From: Girardia tigrina | Lineage: Eukaryota | DNA length: 52,495 bases | Assembly (NCBI GenBank): GCA_001938485.1 | Contig: MQRK01213901.1 | Location: forward strand, 1-52,495 | Reading direction: 5' to 3' | In this document: in pieces, positions 24,001 to 38,000 of the stretch | Numbering within the stretch: position 1 is the stretch's first letter | Layout: the number at the start of each line of letters is the position of its first letter | Notes under the pieces: model-generated | Told to the model about the DNA's origin: nothing | What the model saw: only the letters and a program-made list of their open reading frames with translations | The model's database searches: none | Translations under genes and position numbers: made by a program

Positions 24001-27000
24001 TGTCGGACCGAGTCTGGTGATGTTACTTGCGGCTCAGCAGCGAACCACAAAGATTCGGTCGCGGGACTGATATGCAAGGACGTGACGACCGGTGGTCACT
24101 GGAACCGATCAGGACACAGTAGCCGTTTAACCGACACGTCGATCTTTGCGGGCACCGAGTACCAGCACATTAAAGAGATGCTGGTCGCCACAGCTCGATC
24201 CGGTGGCCAGCACCTCAATATTGTATTTTCTTTTTAAATAAACATTTTATTAAACTTCGTTAAAATTTAATATTTATTATGATATTTAGTTTTTTTATAT
24301 TGTATTTACTTTTTAAAGTTTAATAAATTCTGTTAAACTATTTTTCAGATCTCATTTAATTCGTTTCCAAATCGATTTTATTTACTAATTTTATTATTTT
24401 AACTTGAATTCGTTTTTTTTAAATCTATGGGGTTACCTCATAAATTTTGTTGCACACATGTCAACTGCAGATATCCTTGCATCACATAAATAATTCTTAT
24501 ATATTTAAAATCCATAATAAAATGTGAATTAGATAAAATAGCATTTGCGATCTACTTATGTCCAATAATTTTTATTTTCAGTTCTAAGTGAATTTTTGTT
24601 TTAATAAAATAATAGCATTTTAGTAAATTTCGCACATTTTTATCATTTTAATGGATTTTAATCGCTCTGATATTCGTAAATTAATTTACTATTGCTGGAA
24701 AAGGGATTTAACACTCTCACAGATGACTGACGAAATTAACATGGCCCTTGGAGTTGGAACAGTCTTAAAGAGAACGTGTGAAAGGTGGATTTCCAATTTT
24801 CGTGAAAATAACTTTAACACAGACGATCAAGTCCGCGAAGGGCGGCCATCTCTTGACATATACGGGAAGATAATCGAGTTTCTGACTGAAGACAAGCGTG
24901 CAACAACGAGGAACATTGCAGAGGGAATTGATCAGGATAAAACCACGGTGTGCCTGCACTTGAATGCAATGGGATACCGATACCTGGAAAATTTCTGGGT
25001 GCAACACGGTCTGACGCAACAGTACAAGGATTATCGCAAAAGAATATGTCAACAGCTATTGGATAGTTATCACCGGAATGATTTCCTGTCCCAAATCATC
25101 ACCTGCGATGAGATATGGGTGTACTGGGACAACGAAGGCGCTTTCAACAATAGATCATGGAGAAAATCGGTTGAAAACCCACTTACAACACCGGCACGAA
25201 GTGTTGTAACATCCTGACAAACCGAAAGCATCTCACCTCCGTCTTTTGTGACAGTAAAGGACTACTCTTGTTAAATGTCTTACCTCCAAATACTACAATC
25301 AATGCGGATGTCTACTGTACTCAGCTGGATCGTCTCATTATCACCGTTCAGCAAAGGCGAAGACGGTTGCTCCATTGAGGAAACCACAATGTTCATTATA
25401 TCCACGATAATGCTCGTCCGCATACGGCTGCTAAGATCAAGGACAGGTTGAATGCGCTTTGATCCACCATACTCCCCGGATCTCTCACCATCTGACTACT
25501 ATGATAGTAGTACTATCTATTCTCTGCAATGAAATGTGCATTTAGAGGAAAGAATTATGCCGGTGTCAACGATATCAACGAAGATCTTCTCATAGGTTTG
25601 ACAAGAAACCGCATGATATTTTCCAAAATTGGATACGCAGCTTCCCTGGACGTTGGCTGAGATGTATCGAGCACAATGGCAACTACTTTTCGCATTTGCA
25701 TGACGTGGACGATGTATAAAATATGTTATATTTTATTGTATTTTGGTGTTTTTATGGTGTTTTTTTGCTACAAAACTTATGAGGCAACCCTATATTTAAT
25801 TACAAATTTCATTTTATCTAAAATATTTATTTTTAAATATTATTGACATTGAAACTTAATTGTATTAACGTTTCTTACATTAAATTTCTCTTTCTTACTT
25901 TTATAATTTAATATTAATTTTATGTTTTTTTATTATTAATTATAAAAAATTTAAGAGATTTCTAAAATTCTCACAATCATTGTTAATTAATGTTTAATTT
26001 ATTTATCAATTCAGATCTGAATTAATTCTAGGACAAAAAAATATGCTTGTTTATTTGTTCTTTAGTTTAAACAAAATTGAATTCATCACGTCAAAAGAGC
26101 AGTGTACCTCTTTTATTAGCAATATAAATATACCACAGCTCTCGACAAAACTCCTTAGAAATTGGTCAATTTCAATGACCACGAAATATGAAGAAGTTAT
26201 TACACAGTTGACTCACCATAAAGTGATGATTTAATTCTAGACTTAAACTTGAAAATATTGTCTAAATTTCGATTCTAATATATGGAAAATTTTTATGTAT
26301 GTTTGAACGATGTGTGCGGATCAATTTCCCCTGATAACAGTAGCCTATTGATAACATTAAAGATTATCATCTGATGCGATTGTACGGTAAAATATAAAAA
26401 TAAGTAATAAATATGAAGAATAATTAAAAATTATTTAATAAGATGGGTTTCAAAGATGCCCAATGTCGAAAGTACACTGATATTTGAATAAGCAATCAGT
26501 AACAGTAACTATAATCAATGATTGTTAGGTTTCAAGTAAGTAGAGTTGCAACAACTCATTAAATCATACAACTTATTAATTCCTAGATTAACCATAATGA
26601 ATATTTCATCATCAATCAAGACAACAAAACAATTGAAAATTCTAAGTGAATAATCAAACAATACGTTAAGCAAAATTAACTTTACAATATTTACTATTGT
26701 TATTCAAAGTTAAAAATTAACGAAAAACACTTGACTTATATGAAGCAAATTATTATTGGCATGAATATATTTATTAATAACACAAACAGAATTGTCATAG
26801 CAACAATTTTCAGTAGCCCTTTAAGAATTTGTCATCTCTCTTAATTTTTACTTTCTATTAGTTTCACTCTCAGAAATAGAACTCAAATTATTCATTAAAT
26901 TAATAATCAAAAATATTATTAGATTTGTGGTGCTCGAAAAATTAAACGAAGATCAAAGAAAAAAAATCAAAAAAGAGATAAATTGTTTAGGTGTGCTCAT

Positions 27001-30000
27001 TGATTAAAATACACAACTGACAAATTTGAATTAACTGAAAAAATATGTCGAATAAACAATAAATGTTATTATAAGACAAAAGATCTGCACTAAAATATAT
27101 TTAAATAAACTAAATCACAAACACACATACATCAGTTATATACAGAATAAATGGAGAGTCAAAGGTTAACTCTGCTCTCGACCCCGTACTAGGTATATAA
27201 TACAAATTTAGAATTATTCTAAATTTGTTGATTGCGTAATATTTTATTTAATTAATTTAAATTTAATTCTATAATATCTCACAGTTATTAACTACGGTTG
27301 CGTTATTTTCATTAATTTAATCTTTTCTCCACTGTAAATTACATGCCTCGAATAAAATCCCACAAACCAGAACCCGTATCGCTCGTTCGCGTGACAAATC
27401 GGTCTGATCGAACTCGGCACCATCCCGATTCAACCGTCGGGACACCACCGACCGACACTACACCACCGACAGGATCGACACGGGCGAAATGACACTGCCA
27501 ACCTCACTCAACGCTTCTCCGAACAACATCGATCGCCGTGTACCTGGCGACACTCTTCGGTGAACCGCTGTAGACCGGTTGCAGTACCGCACACGACAAC
27601 GAATCAGCCGGTACACTCTGAACTCGACCGGTGCACCGATACTGTCAAGTCGATGCACCGATCTCTCAGAGCAACAATTCCCAGCAAGGTTAAGGGATGC
27701 TGGCCGCCACAGCTATATAGGGTAGCCAGTACCTCAACATTAAATTATTTTACAAAAGTATTCAAGATTAAAATTTAATTATTTAAAATATATACAGTAT
27801 CATCTATAGATTCGACATGAAGCATTCCATATAATTCACCATTTCCAAAACACTGCGCAAGGCAGCAACGGTCTCTGGATGGGAAAATCCCTGATGGACT
27901 TGACCATGCTGCCAAGCGGTTGGACCATATCTTTGGCGATGTTGTGCCCAAATAAATCTACGGATGGCTGGAAAAATTGGCACTTATCAAGTTTGATGCG
28001 CAGATTGTGATTGCCTTTTGTGTTCGTCAAAGTTCTGCGAAGCAATAATGATATCATTTACATATGTGGCGACGTTTTTGACTTCATTTAAGACGATATC
28101 GATGTGCTTCTGGAAGGTCTGTGACGCATTTCGTAATCCAAACGACATGCTCAGGTACTCGTACAAACCGAATGCTGTGGTGACGGCGGTTGTCGAAATG
28201 GAGGCCTCGTCCATAGGAATCTGGTTGGTAGTGTGACCTTGTCGACCCCAGGTAATCCTAAAAGATACTGAGAGATCCATTTTTCTTTCGGACTATTTGG
28301 AGTGAAGCATTCCAAGGAGACGAGATGCGTTGAATGATCCCAGCTGCCTCCAATTTCTGGAATTCTCCCGCGGCTAGTAGTCGGATTTCTTTTGACAATT
28401 CTCTGTGTCGTTTGTGCACCGGAGCACAGTTGATAGTGGCAATGATATGTGTCGACACACAGGTTGTGGGTTGGCCGGCGATCGTGTCGTCAAGTAGACT
28501 AGGAAACTGCACACAGATCTGGCTGACGGTGTCAGTTCTTAACATGTGGATTGAGCTTTCTTTGTTGGACAACCGCATAGGTTCCCCAGCTTCTGGAGTT
28601 TTGATCGGTTTTGATGTTGGTTTATAACAGCGGTTGTCATCAAGGTTGTCGCGCTCCTTGAACACTTGAGTTCGATTACTTCGTTCTACCAGGGCCCTGA
28701 AGTGTTCCAGAAAATCAGCTTCAAGAATGGGCTGTGTGACCACTGCAACTGTAAATATACATGTAAATTGCTTATCCAACTGGTACAGTATGAGCGAGAG
28801 CTGAACTGTGCCATAGTCTTTGATTCTGGCATTATTGGCGGCGGTGAGGGGCTGTGGGCGTCATCTCAAGTGCGAATTAAGAGTGTGTGGAATTATGGAA
28901 ACAGCGGATCCAGTGTCGACAAGGAAGCGGATATTACTGTTGACGGAGGCTCTCACTCGACCCTTTGACGTGAAGATATGGCAGTAGTTGTTTCAACCTG
29001 CCTCGTTTGCTGTGATAATGAGAGTGTAACTAGTCTTTTTTGGTCGTAGTTTGCGTATCCGGGAGCGCAATCCTTTGTGTCTGTTCTAAATTGTGTGTGC
29101 TAAATGCACACATCTGCTCTCTGTAGCTGTGATCGGTCATATGCAAAGGTTCATTCCGATTGGCCCTTTCTTCCCACTCTGCAAACCCGACGGGGAAAAT
29201 AGCATAGAGTGGTAGCCTTCCAGAGTGTGCCGGCTGGTGGAACCGTTGTCCCTCCGCGTCGCCGGACGACCGGTCCCCCCCATTGTGGATTTTTGATCCC
29301 CGCGTTGCTGAGTGGGACGATGTCGTCTCGTGGGTCCTCGTGGATGCTGTTGATATGGATGCTCTGGAGATATACCCATCTTTTATACAATTTGTCATAC
29401 ATTATTACAATAAACCATATTACTATCAGAAATGTTTTTTCTTGAATTCACTTAATATTACAGACGTTCTAGTTCAGATATTAGAAAGATATTAAGAAAA
29501 TAGTTTTCATTTTGATGTTTCTTTTTCAAATAACGATAATGATTTTTTAAAGACCTGTAATAAACTTATTTCGGTATTTTTGAAAATTCTATTTTGACAT
29601 GGATAAAATTAGCATCGAAATCTTTTCTAAAAGCCATATCAAGGGATATCTAAATTTTAACTTTTCTTTTTTCATGTTTTTGAATTAGCTCTTTCAAAGA
29701 ATTATGTCTTCGAAACCATTTATAAATCTCTTTAGGTCATGGTTTCCCTAATGAAGCATAGAAAGATTTAAAATCCTAAGGACATACAAAATTTCACTAT
29801 AGAAAGGTTATAAAAATATAACATTTTTTATTTCAATAAATCATTAAAATTTTGTTCGGTTGTCGGGATAGAAACACGTATTTTCCACTACTTGCCTATT
29901 ACGATATTTTGTTTTCAAAACGGCAATGTTCATATAAGTACACCGTTGGACTACTAAGTACCTACATTTCCGTCAAGTCTACTGGCGACTTATTTGAGCA

Positions 30001-32010
30001 CAGTCTACACATGAAATAAAGATAGCCAACATTTCTTTTCTATTAAAATATAAATCTTGTTTATATTTTGTTAAATGTATAATTTTTATGGGCCTTGTGA
30101 ATTTTATGTATTAAAAAAGGGGGCACACGAAAATTGTTGTAGGAGATACTGCTAGAGATGATAACATAATACATTAAAATGGTTTCCGATGTCTTTAACG
30201 TTCATAAAAATAACACAACTAAAATTACTAAATTTTTCAAAACTGTGAAAGGATTGAATCGAATGATGTCCCAACAAAAGGCTTGGAACAGGGTATTCCT
30301 TCTGTGTAACAAATCTAATTTTATTTTAGACAATCACTACAATAATTATTTGAATAAACCTCAAAACAACATTCAATAAATGTCAAGCAAAACCATCACA
30401 CATCTTTTTATATTATTTATTACTCTATATTCTTTTGAATAAAAGCCAATGATTCAATTGATATTAGAACCCGAAAGTGTTATTCCGGTCCTTTTGTTTC
30501 TAAACGGAATAATTTTGTAATTATTATTCAGTGATAAAATAAAAGGAAAGAGAATTTGGTTTTCTCTTACATGAAAAATCGATTTTCACTGATTGATCAA
30601 AGAAAAGAGACGTTCTATGATTAATTATTATATTTATATAATATGCGGCGGTTATATTTCAGGGAGCAAACAAAACAATTATTCAAATATCTTAGGAGAT
30701 TCCCACACTTATTTTGTCAGAATAAAGTTTTATTTCTGTCTACAATCGTTCCTCTTTATTAAAATAACGTGTAAGAATTAACATTGTTATTTTATGAATA
30801 AATTTAAGTAACATTGGCAATTTATCAAATAAAATTTTTTAAGCCAATTGAAGTTTATTAATATTTGCGGTTTAACCGTCATCGTCAGACAAATGGTTTC
30901 TTCCAATGAAAGTCTCTTATATAGTGCAGTTAGTGATTATGTCAGCAATACGTCATCAGTTCAACATTTTAAAACTCTCAACAAAGTTGTAGAGAATTTA
31001 GTTTGAACATTAAATTTAAGATTTAGGATTTTATATATAACGCTTCACATGTCACTCTCTCTCAATAATACTGTACAAAAATTTATTACAAAACAAAGGT
31101 TTTTTAGTGCCTGTGCAGCAGGACTTGAGTCTGATTTGGATTGGCTGGTTTTTCCTCAGAATCATCGGCGCCACTTCGATGATCATTGGGGGTTCCGCGA
31201 ATTCAAGTCCTCGATTATTGACACCGTAGTTCAGGGCAGCTAAAGCTCGGAAAGGCTGGCGTGGAGGTCGGCTGAGCAGCTGATGACTCGGATATCGAAG
31301 AGATGAGGCTGGAACCAATTAGATTCATTTTCCAAGGCACAGAAACTGAGGTCCCGGCGACACAATGCTTAATGAAATAATCCCCAAAGTAAGGTCAAGC
31401 AAATTTAATTTGCAAGTCAGAATATGGAAGTCCTGGTAACACAAATACTGAGCGGGATGGATCATAAGAGCAAGGTCAACAGGCACAGAGTTATCTGAAG
31501 ACTTGGCGACACATACTTGAACGGAATAATCAACATAAGTAAGGTCAAGCAAATTTAATTTGCAAGCCAGAATATGGTAGTCCTGGCGACACAATAAAGA
31601 GATTTTTGGCGAAGCCAAAGAGATCTCGGAGACTGAAGCGATACGACCCCATAGGAGGCTTATCATGGGCAGCTAGAACTCTTTAGTTTGGGTGGATCCT
31701 CTAAAGAGCCTAGTGGCTCAATACCATTCAAAAGAGATGGGATGGCCACACTGAAGAGACAAATCGTCATCTTAATACACGGAGTAGTGAACACTCACAG
31801 CCGAGTAGATCAAGTAAGGTAAGATAGAACTTTATATATTTCAAAAGATGAATTTTCTATTCTTCAGAAGAATTTTGATTCACATTATGAGAGGTTATAT
31901 TGCGAATCATTGCTAATAAGACACTATTACCCTGACACTATAACATTGATTAATATTCAAATAGGGAAAAGTGAAGTAGCCTCAATATTAGATATCTTTA
32001 AATAAAATTA

Positions 32011-32052
<42 letters not shown>

Positions 32053-35000
32053 NNNNNNNNNNNNNNNNNNNNNNNNNNNNNNNNNNNNNNNNNNNNNNNN
32101 NNNNNNNNNNNNNNNNNNNNNNNNNNNNNNNNNNNNNACCAAATTTGGACTGAATATTATTCAGACTGTCATAAATACTATGTTAAAATTTCAAAGCATA
32201 AAATTAAAAAAAAAGTAAAATTTTGTTTTATTAAAGTATTGAAATTTTAAAAGTGCTGCAAAGTCAAATCAAGCGGTTTTTAACAATGAAACCAAATAAA
32301 TGTTGCCAACGTATTTTTGTTCTAACTCAAAGTAAAAGAGGATTCTCTGCTTCAGAAATTCTTCAGCAACTTCAGCAGGCATGGGAAGACGCAAATCACC
32401 CAGCACTGAAAACTATTCAACAATGGTTGACTGATTTTAAAAAAGAAAAGCAGACATCCTTCGACGATTCATCAAGAAGTGGCAGGCCATCATTAATAGA
32501 CAATGAAAAGATTAAAGCAGTCAAAGAAGTGATTGATGAAGCTCCAAATGCGTCTTTGCGTTATATTGAAAATGAACTTTTTTTAGGCAAAAATACAGTC
32601 CACAAAATTTTGCGTGAAAAACTTCATTATAAAAAAATTTGCTCTGTTTGGGTCCCTCGCGAACTTTCTGCTACAAATAAACAACAACACATTAACACTG
32701 CAAAGCATGTACGCCATGTAATTTCACAGATGGGTGATGAAGTATATTCCAACATAGCAATCGAGGATGAGACATGGGTCTTTTTCCAAGGAAGAGGAAA
32801 GAAAAAAGATCACAAAGTTTGGATTCCTTCTAATGCAGTTCCACCAAAAGTGATAAAGCCATCACCAATGACTGATAAAAAATCTCTTGTTTTCGTAACC
32901 TTTACCTGCAACAAACGTTTTAATGTAAAAGCACTGCCATAATGTACCAAGATTGATTCCGAGGCGTATGTGAACTTTTTTCATGACACCCATGAAAATG
33001 GCAGAAACTTAGATCTAACAATCAAGCTAAAGGAACTTAAGTGATGGCATGATAATGCAAGACCTCATTCTAGCAAAGAAACAACTCTTTTTTGAAAGAA
33101 GAAAAATTGAAAAAAATTATCAATCGCCCTAAAGTCCAGATTTTAATCTGTGTGACAGATTCTTGTTTTCAAAAATGAAGAAAAGTTTTAAAAATCTTGT
33201 TTTCAAATCACATGAAGAAATTGAAGAAGCTTGTAAATTCTTTTTTAATTCTTTATCAACAGAAACATTAAAAAATCAACTAGATAAACTTTTTAACTAT
33301 TGTCAGTTGGTTATTGACGACAATGGTGAATATGTTGTTGCTTAAGAAATTTTTAAAATATTTTTTTAAATAAATTTTTAAATTAGCTGCATCTAATTTT
33401 TTTGTTGCTTAATAATATCATTTTTTGGTAAGTTTCAAATTTTATGCTTTGAAATTTTAACACAGTATTTATGACAGTCTGAATAATATTCAGTCTAAAT
33501 TTGATTAAATTTTGTAAAATATTAGTGTGTTTTTAAATGACACCTGAGGACTTTTGGGACAGCCTAAGTATATATATATATATATTCTTAAAGTAATAAT
33601 TTGTTTATTTAAAGTAAAGTTTTGGAATTATCACTTCTGCCCCTTAAAAAGTCATTACAATTTTTGCAAGAGAAGTGTTTTAAACTAAACTAATGATATT
33701 TTGTCACAATCTTCATTGAATATTTGGTCTACAACAGAAATAGCAACTAAAAATTAGCTTTTTTTCAAGTAATTGAAAAATTTAATAAAAATATGATTTC
33801 GCCTAAACACCGAATTCTCAATTCCGAAAATAATACGCGATCCCGGGATTGGAGCCCTAGTAGTTTGTAAAGATTTTGTATTCATTAGGAAAAGATTATT
33901 TCTTAGAAATTTATCATTTGTTTTTGAAGCGAAGGATTTCAGACTTTTAAATTTGTAAAAATTTCATTTATAATAAATAGATCGAAAAATATTTTTATAT
34001 TCATAAGAATAATTTGTATATCAACGATAGACAGATAACCCACAGATCCTTCCTACCGGATCGAGAACAGATCAACCTTTCACTCTTCTTTATTAGTGGT
34101 ATTTAAATTTTCAGAGTGTAATTTCGGTGACTTGTGAAATACAAATCGGTATTCCATTTCGTCATGTCACAGTGTTATTTTTAATTGAATTTTTTTTCTC
34201 ATTTTTAAAAAGATTGCAAATCATTATTATAATTTTCAATGTTTTTCAAACAAGTCTAAAAATAATTTTCGTTGGCCGCGTGATGGAATCTTCAGACTCG
34301 TCGATTTTCTAAACATTAATTACTCAAGTTTCAAAGATGCCTCAGTACAAACTCACATTAGAAGCTGCAAAAGTTTTCTTACTTCATTTAATTACTGTAA
34401 AAAAGATAAATTGAACAACAATTCTCCATATTTCGTCCCCTTTCTTTTATGATTTGCTTATATTAATAAAATTAATTTGTGAAATTATTTTGCTTAATTT
34501 GAGCAAAAGTGATTTGAAAATATTACTTCTTAATTAGTTTTATAATTTTGCGTTAGAGAAGACAGAATGATCGAATTTCTATTTGTATATAATGATTTAT
34601 TAATAAGTTCACTGATATAAATTTATTTCTCTCTGGATTTTTGATTTTAATACATTTTATTCATCGTCAATCCTGTCCAACTTGAACATCAAGATTTTAG
34701 AGTGTCTGGTCATCCGACTTAAAGAATTGCTAAAATTAAGAAGGTAAAAATGTATAGTAAATTTTAATTTTTATGTGTGATTAAATAAATTAAAATATGT
34801 TTTAATTTCAGTAATTGCTTTATTTTATCAAACGCATTAAAATATTTATTACAACACTTTGAAATTTCTTCAGTGCGATGATTTCATACATCGAATATCA
34901 ATGCATTATAAAGTTCTTTGTGTTGCAGGAGAGGACGTGCAGTGAAATTAACGATTTTTTGCAATCAAAGATCAGAAAGGGTGGTGGCACCTCCGTTTTT

Positions 35001-38000
35001 AATCAAGAAAAATCAGATCGATAACAAGAGGTTTTTAGCACAGTTGATGAAAAATTGGAGCAGATGGTATAAGAAGAGCATCAAATAAGCATGAAAATGC
35101 TGTCAAAGAAGCTCCACATCAGAGTTAGTATAGTTAGTATCAGAATAGTGTTCTTCAGATTTGTAGCCCGCTTCTTGACTGATTTGAAACTGCTTGGAAT
35201 GCAGTCAGAACAACTTGAACCTGTGGGATCAGCATGGTGAGGCTTTCCTGACAGATTTAATTGCTGATGAGGAAACCCCACTCAATGTGTATTTGACGGG
35301 AACAATGTCAGTAGAGTGGAAACTGCCTGGAGAGAAGTTATGTTTAAAGATGCAAACGGGGACAAGTTCTGGACAAACGATGATGTCATACCTTTCTGGC
35401 ACTATAAAAGTGTTAATCTCAAGTATTTCGCCGATAAAGGAATCACCATCAACGCTGCTTAATATTGCCAACTCGTGGCGACCACCAGAAAGAATAAACG
35501 GAAGCAGAAGCACACACCATAATGGTTTCTTTACGACAATGTGCCAGTGCACACAGCGAGCATTTTTCGAGCTACAATTGAAGGTTCTAAACCAGTGCTT
35601 TTAGATCAACCAACGTACAGTCCAGATCAGCTATCAAGCGATTTTACCTAAAATTATTATTGTACGTGTTTCGGAATTTTATTTTCCATCTTTCCTTCGT
35701 TACTTAAGCGATTAAATTTGAATATGGTCGACGAATTTATTTTTGTATCATTTTTTTTCTCAATTGAAACATTTTATTTTTCAATTTGTTGTTCTGGTTC
35801 ATTCTATTTTTCGATTAATATGCATTAAGCAAAAATCAAATCAAAGTCAAATTTATCAAGAAGTTTGTGGTATGAATAAGGAAACTTCAACTTGAAATAA
35901 TCTAAAAGGTCTGGAAAAATTTGGTTCTAAAAAATATTTTCATATTTTATGTTGTATGTTGCGTTTTTTTGTATTTTTGCAGTGGGGTCTACCCCAATCT
36001 TGACTGTTCATCGATTTTAAATATTTAAAAATTTTATTTTGTAATATTTGAGAATTATTATTTTTAAATTTATTTAATGCCTAAATATTTTATTTTTTGA
36101 ATCTTAAAATAGTTAAAGTAATAAATTTGTTTTTGGGACTAAAGGAATAGACGCAAACATCGACCAGTAGTACTTATTGGGACCATAATACAAAAATTAC
36201 TTAGTATCCAAACAGAAAACTTAACTATTGTCAGTGGACAATCTTGATCAATATAGAGAAGCATTGATCTTTAATCTCTCAATTTAGTTTAGAACATATA
36301 TTTTGCCAATACAATTTAGTTATTACAGACACAGACTATCTTTATAGTATTTTAGCCGCAATTCCTCGTCTATCATCATCGATAATTCCTTTGTTCTTCC
36401 AACCTGGATATCGTCTTATTGTACTCCATGACTGTTAATTGGGTCGATTTTCAGATAATTATTTTCTTCTATTTGAAATTAAAAATAAGAAATGTTTTCA
36501 AAGATTTATTTTTAATACACAAATAAAATTATTAAAAAAAATTTTTTAATAATTATTTCTATTATTATAATTTGTAATAATTTTGTAATATTTAATTTTC
36601 TTTTAAGTAAATCAGTAAATCCTAAATCCTGATGAAAAAAATTCCTTGATTCAATCTTTAAAATCTTTTTTGATCAGTATATTGAGAACCTTTTGTAAAG
36701 TAGAGGGGTTCTCTAAAATTATTCAATTCGACAAAAGACTGCCAAGGTGACAAAGTTTTCAAAATGAAAATTTTCGGATCATAATTAACGTACCCCCCCG
36801 CGGATGTATATATTACAGGTATAAAATTTTCCTTCTGGTTTTCTTTTTTATTATGATTTTAATTTAAATATTATTTGATTATTAATTCAAGTATATTTTA
36901 AGAGATTTATTTTCCTTAATATTTTTTATAAAACTCGTTCAGCATTCTCTATCAATCAAATAATAAAGGCATTTATATAGCCGATATTCTCTGACAAATC
37001 TTAAATTAATTATCAAGAAAAAATATGAAAAAATAAATTATTTTAAGGAATGAAAGATGAAATATTATCTTATCTAGACGAAATTATTTATTTATTTATT
37101 TAGAGTCATGCGTTTTTGGGTTTTGCGTTATATATTGAATAAGTTACCAGACGGCAATTTGTTAAAAAGGTACATGATTTATATAATGTGCTACAAAAAA
37201 TGTCACGACTTATATAATAAAATAATTTTATATATTTTATCTCTAAAACTATGTAGATTTTACTTGTAAAATTCTATAGAGAAATGCATACAAAGTCTTA
37301 CACATGATTTTTTCCAAGTTTTTTGGCTTGAAAGTCGCAAAATGTAACACGTGGGAAATGTCCACTTTCTGTCCAGTGATGTCCCTTGAGAAGGTCGATA
37401 AGGACATTAACGCCATAAAATACATATTTTGTACCGATAAATACTTCCATTAAATAAACTTGAAAAACAGCATTGAGTATATAAAGCAGTTTAATGAAGA
37501 GATAAAGAATAGTGAGACAATTGCCTGATTTATGACCGCAGCACCAAGAAGAAGTAACTTGATGGCCAGATTTAATGTTATTATTGAGTTTTTTATCGTT
37601 TTGGTATCTACCCAAATGTCTCCGCTTTATGCAACTATCCAAATATTTAGCTATAAATCTAGTACTTGTATTAGAAGGGTTTGACCCGTTTTTATCAGAT
37701 ATAGGTATAATAATTTCAGTAGCACTTGATGACATTTGAATAATGCGACGAATATTGAAGCGAGATTGGTTATATAATCCTCTCCATATAATACAAGGCA
37801 AATAGAAAAGAAGAGCTTGGACACCAAGAAATATCCAAGCCCACTGGTAATATCCTATCATAAGTTCTTTACGATTATTTTGTATAGGAAGGCGCTCAGT
37901 TATTGGTGCATAGTACGTATTGGAAATCCAGCAGTAATTTTCGGCATATTCTTCCCAACCCCGAGTAAACTCCTGGGGACTCCAACATTGAATTGGTTTT

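Noticed and set aside
23479-27739. A and B as the paired LTRs of one provirus
   Set aside because: Interiors are too divergent, there is no PBS or PPT, outer flanks do not match, and no gag-pol lies between them.
29265-29290. LTR end plus primer-binding site (CCACA-A-TGGGGG on minus)
   Set aside because: It lies in frame with the decayed CHCC knuckle, so it is better read as gag sequence.
31245-31295. Hammerhead ribozyme (GAAA, hairpin, CTGATGA)
   Set aside because: Stem II arms are not complementary, there is no UH cleavage site after stem III, and no room for stem I.
31340-31600. CRISPR-like array
   Set aside because: The intervening sequences are themselves repeated, the context is eukaryotic, and there are no cas genes.
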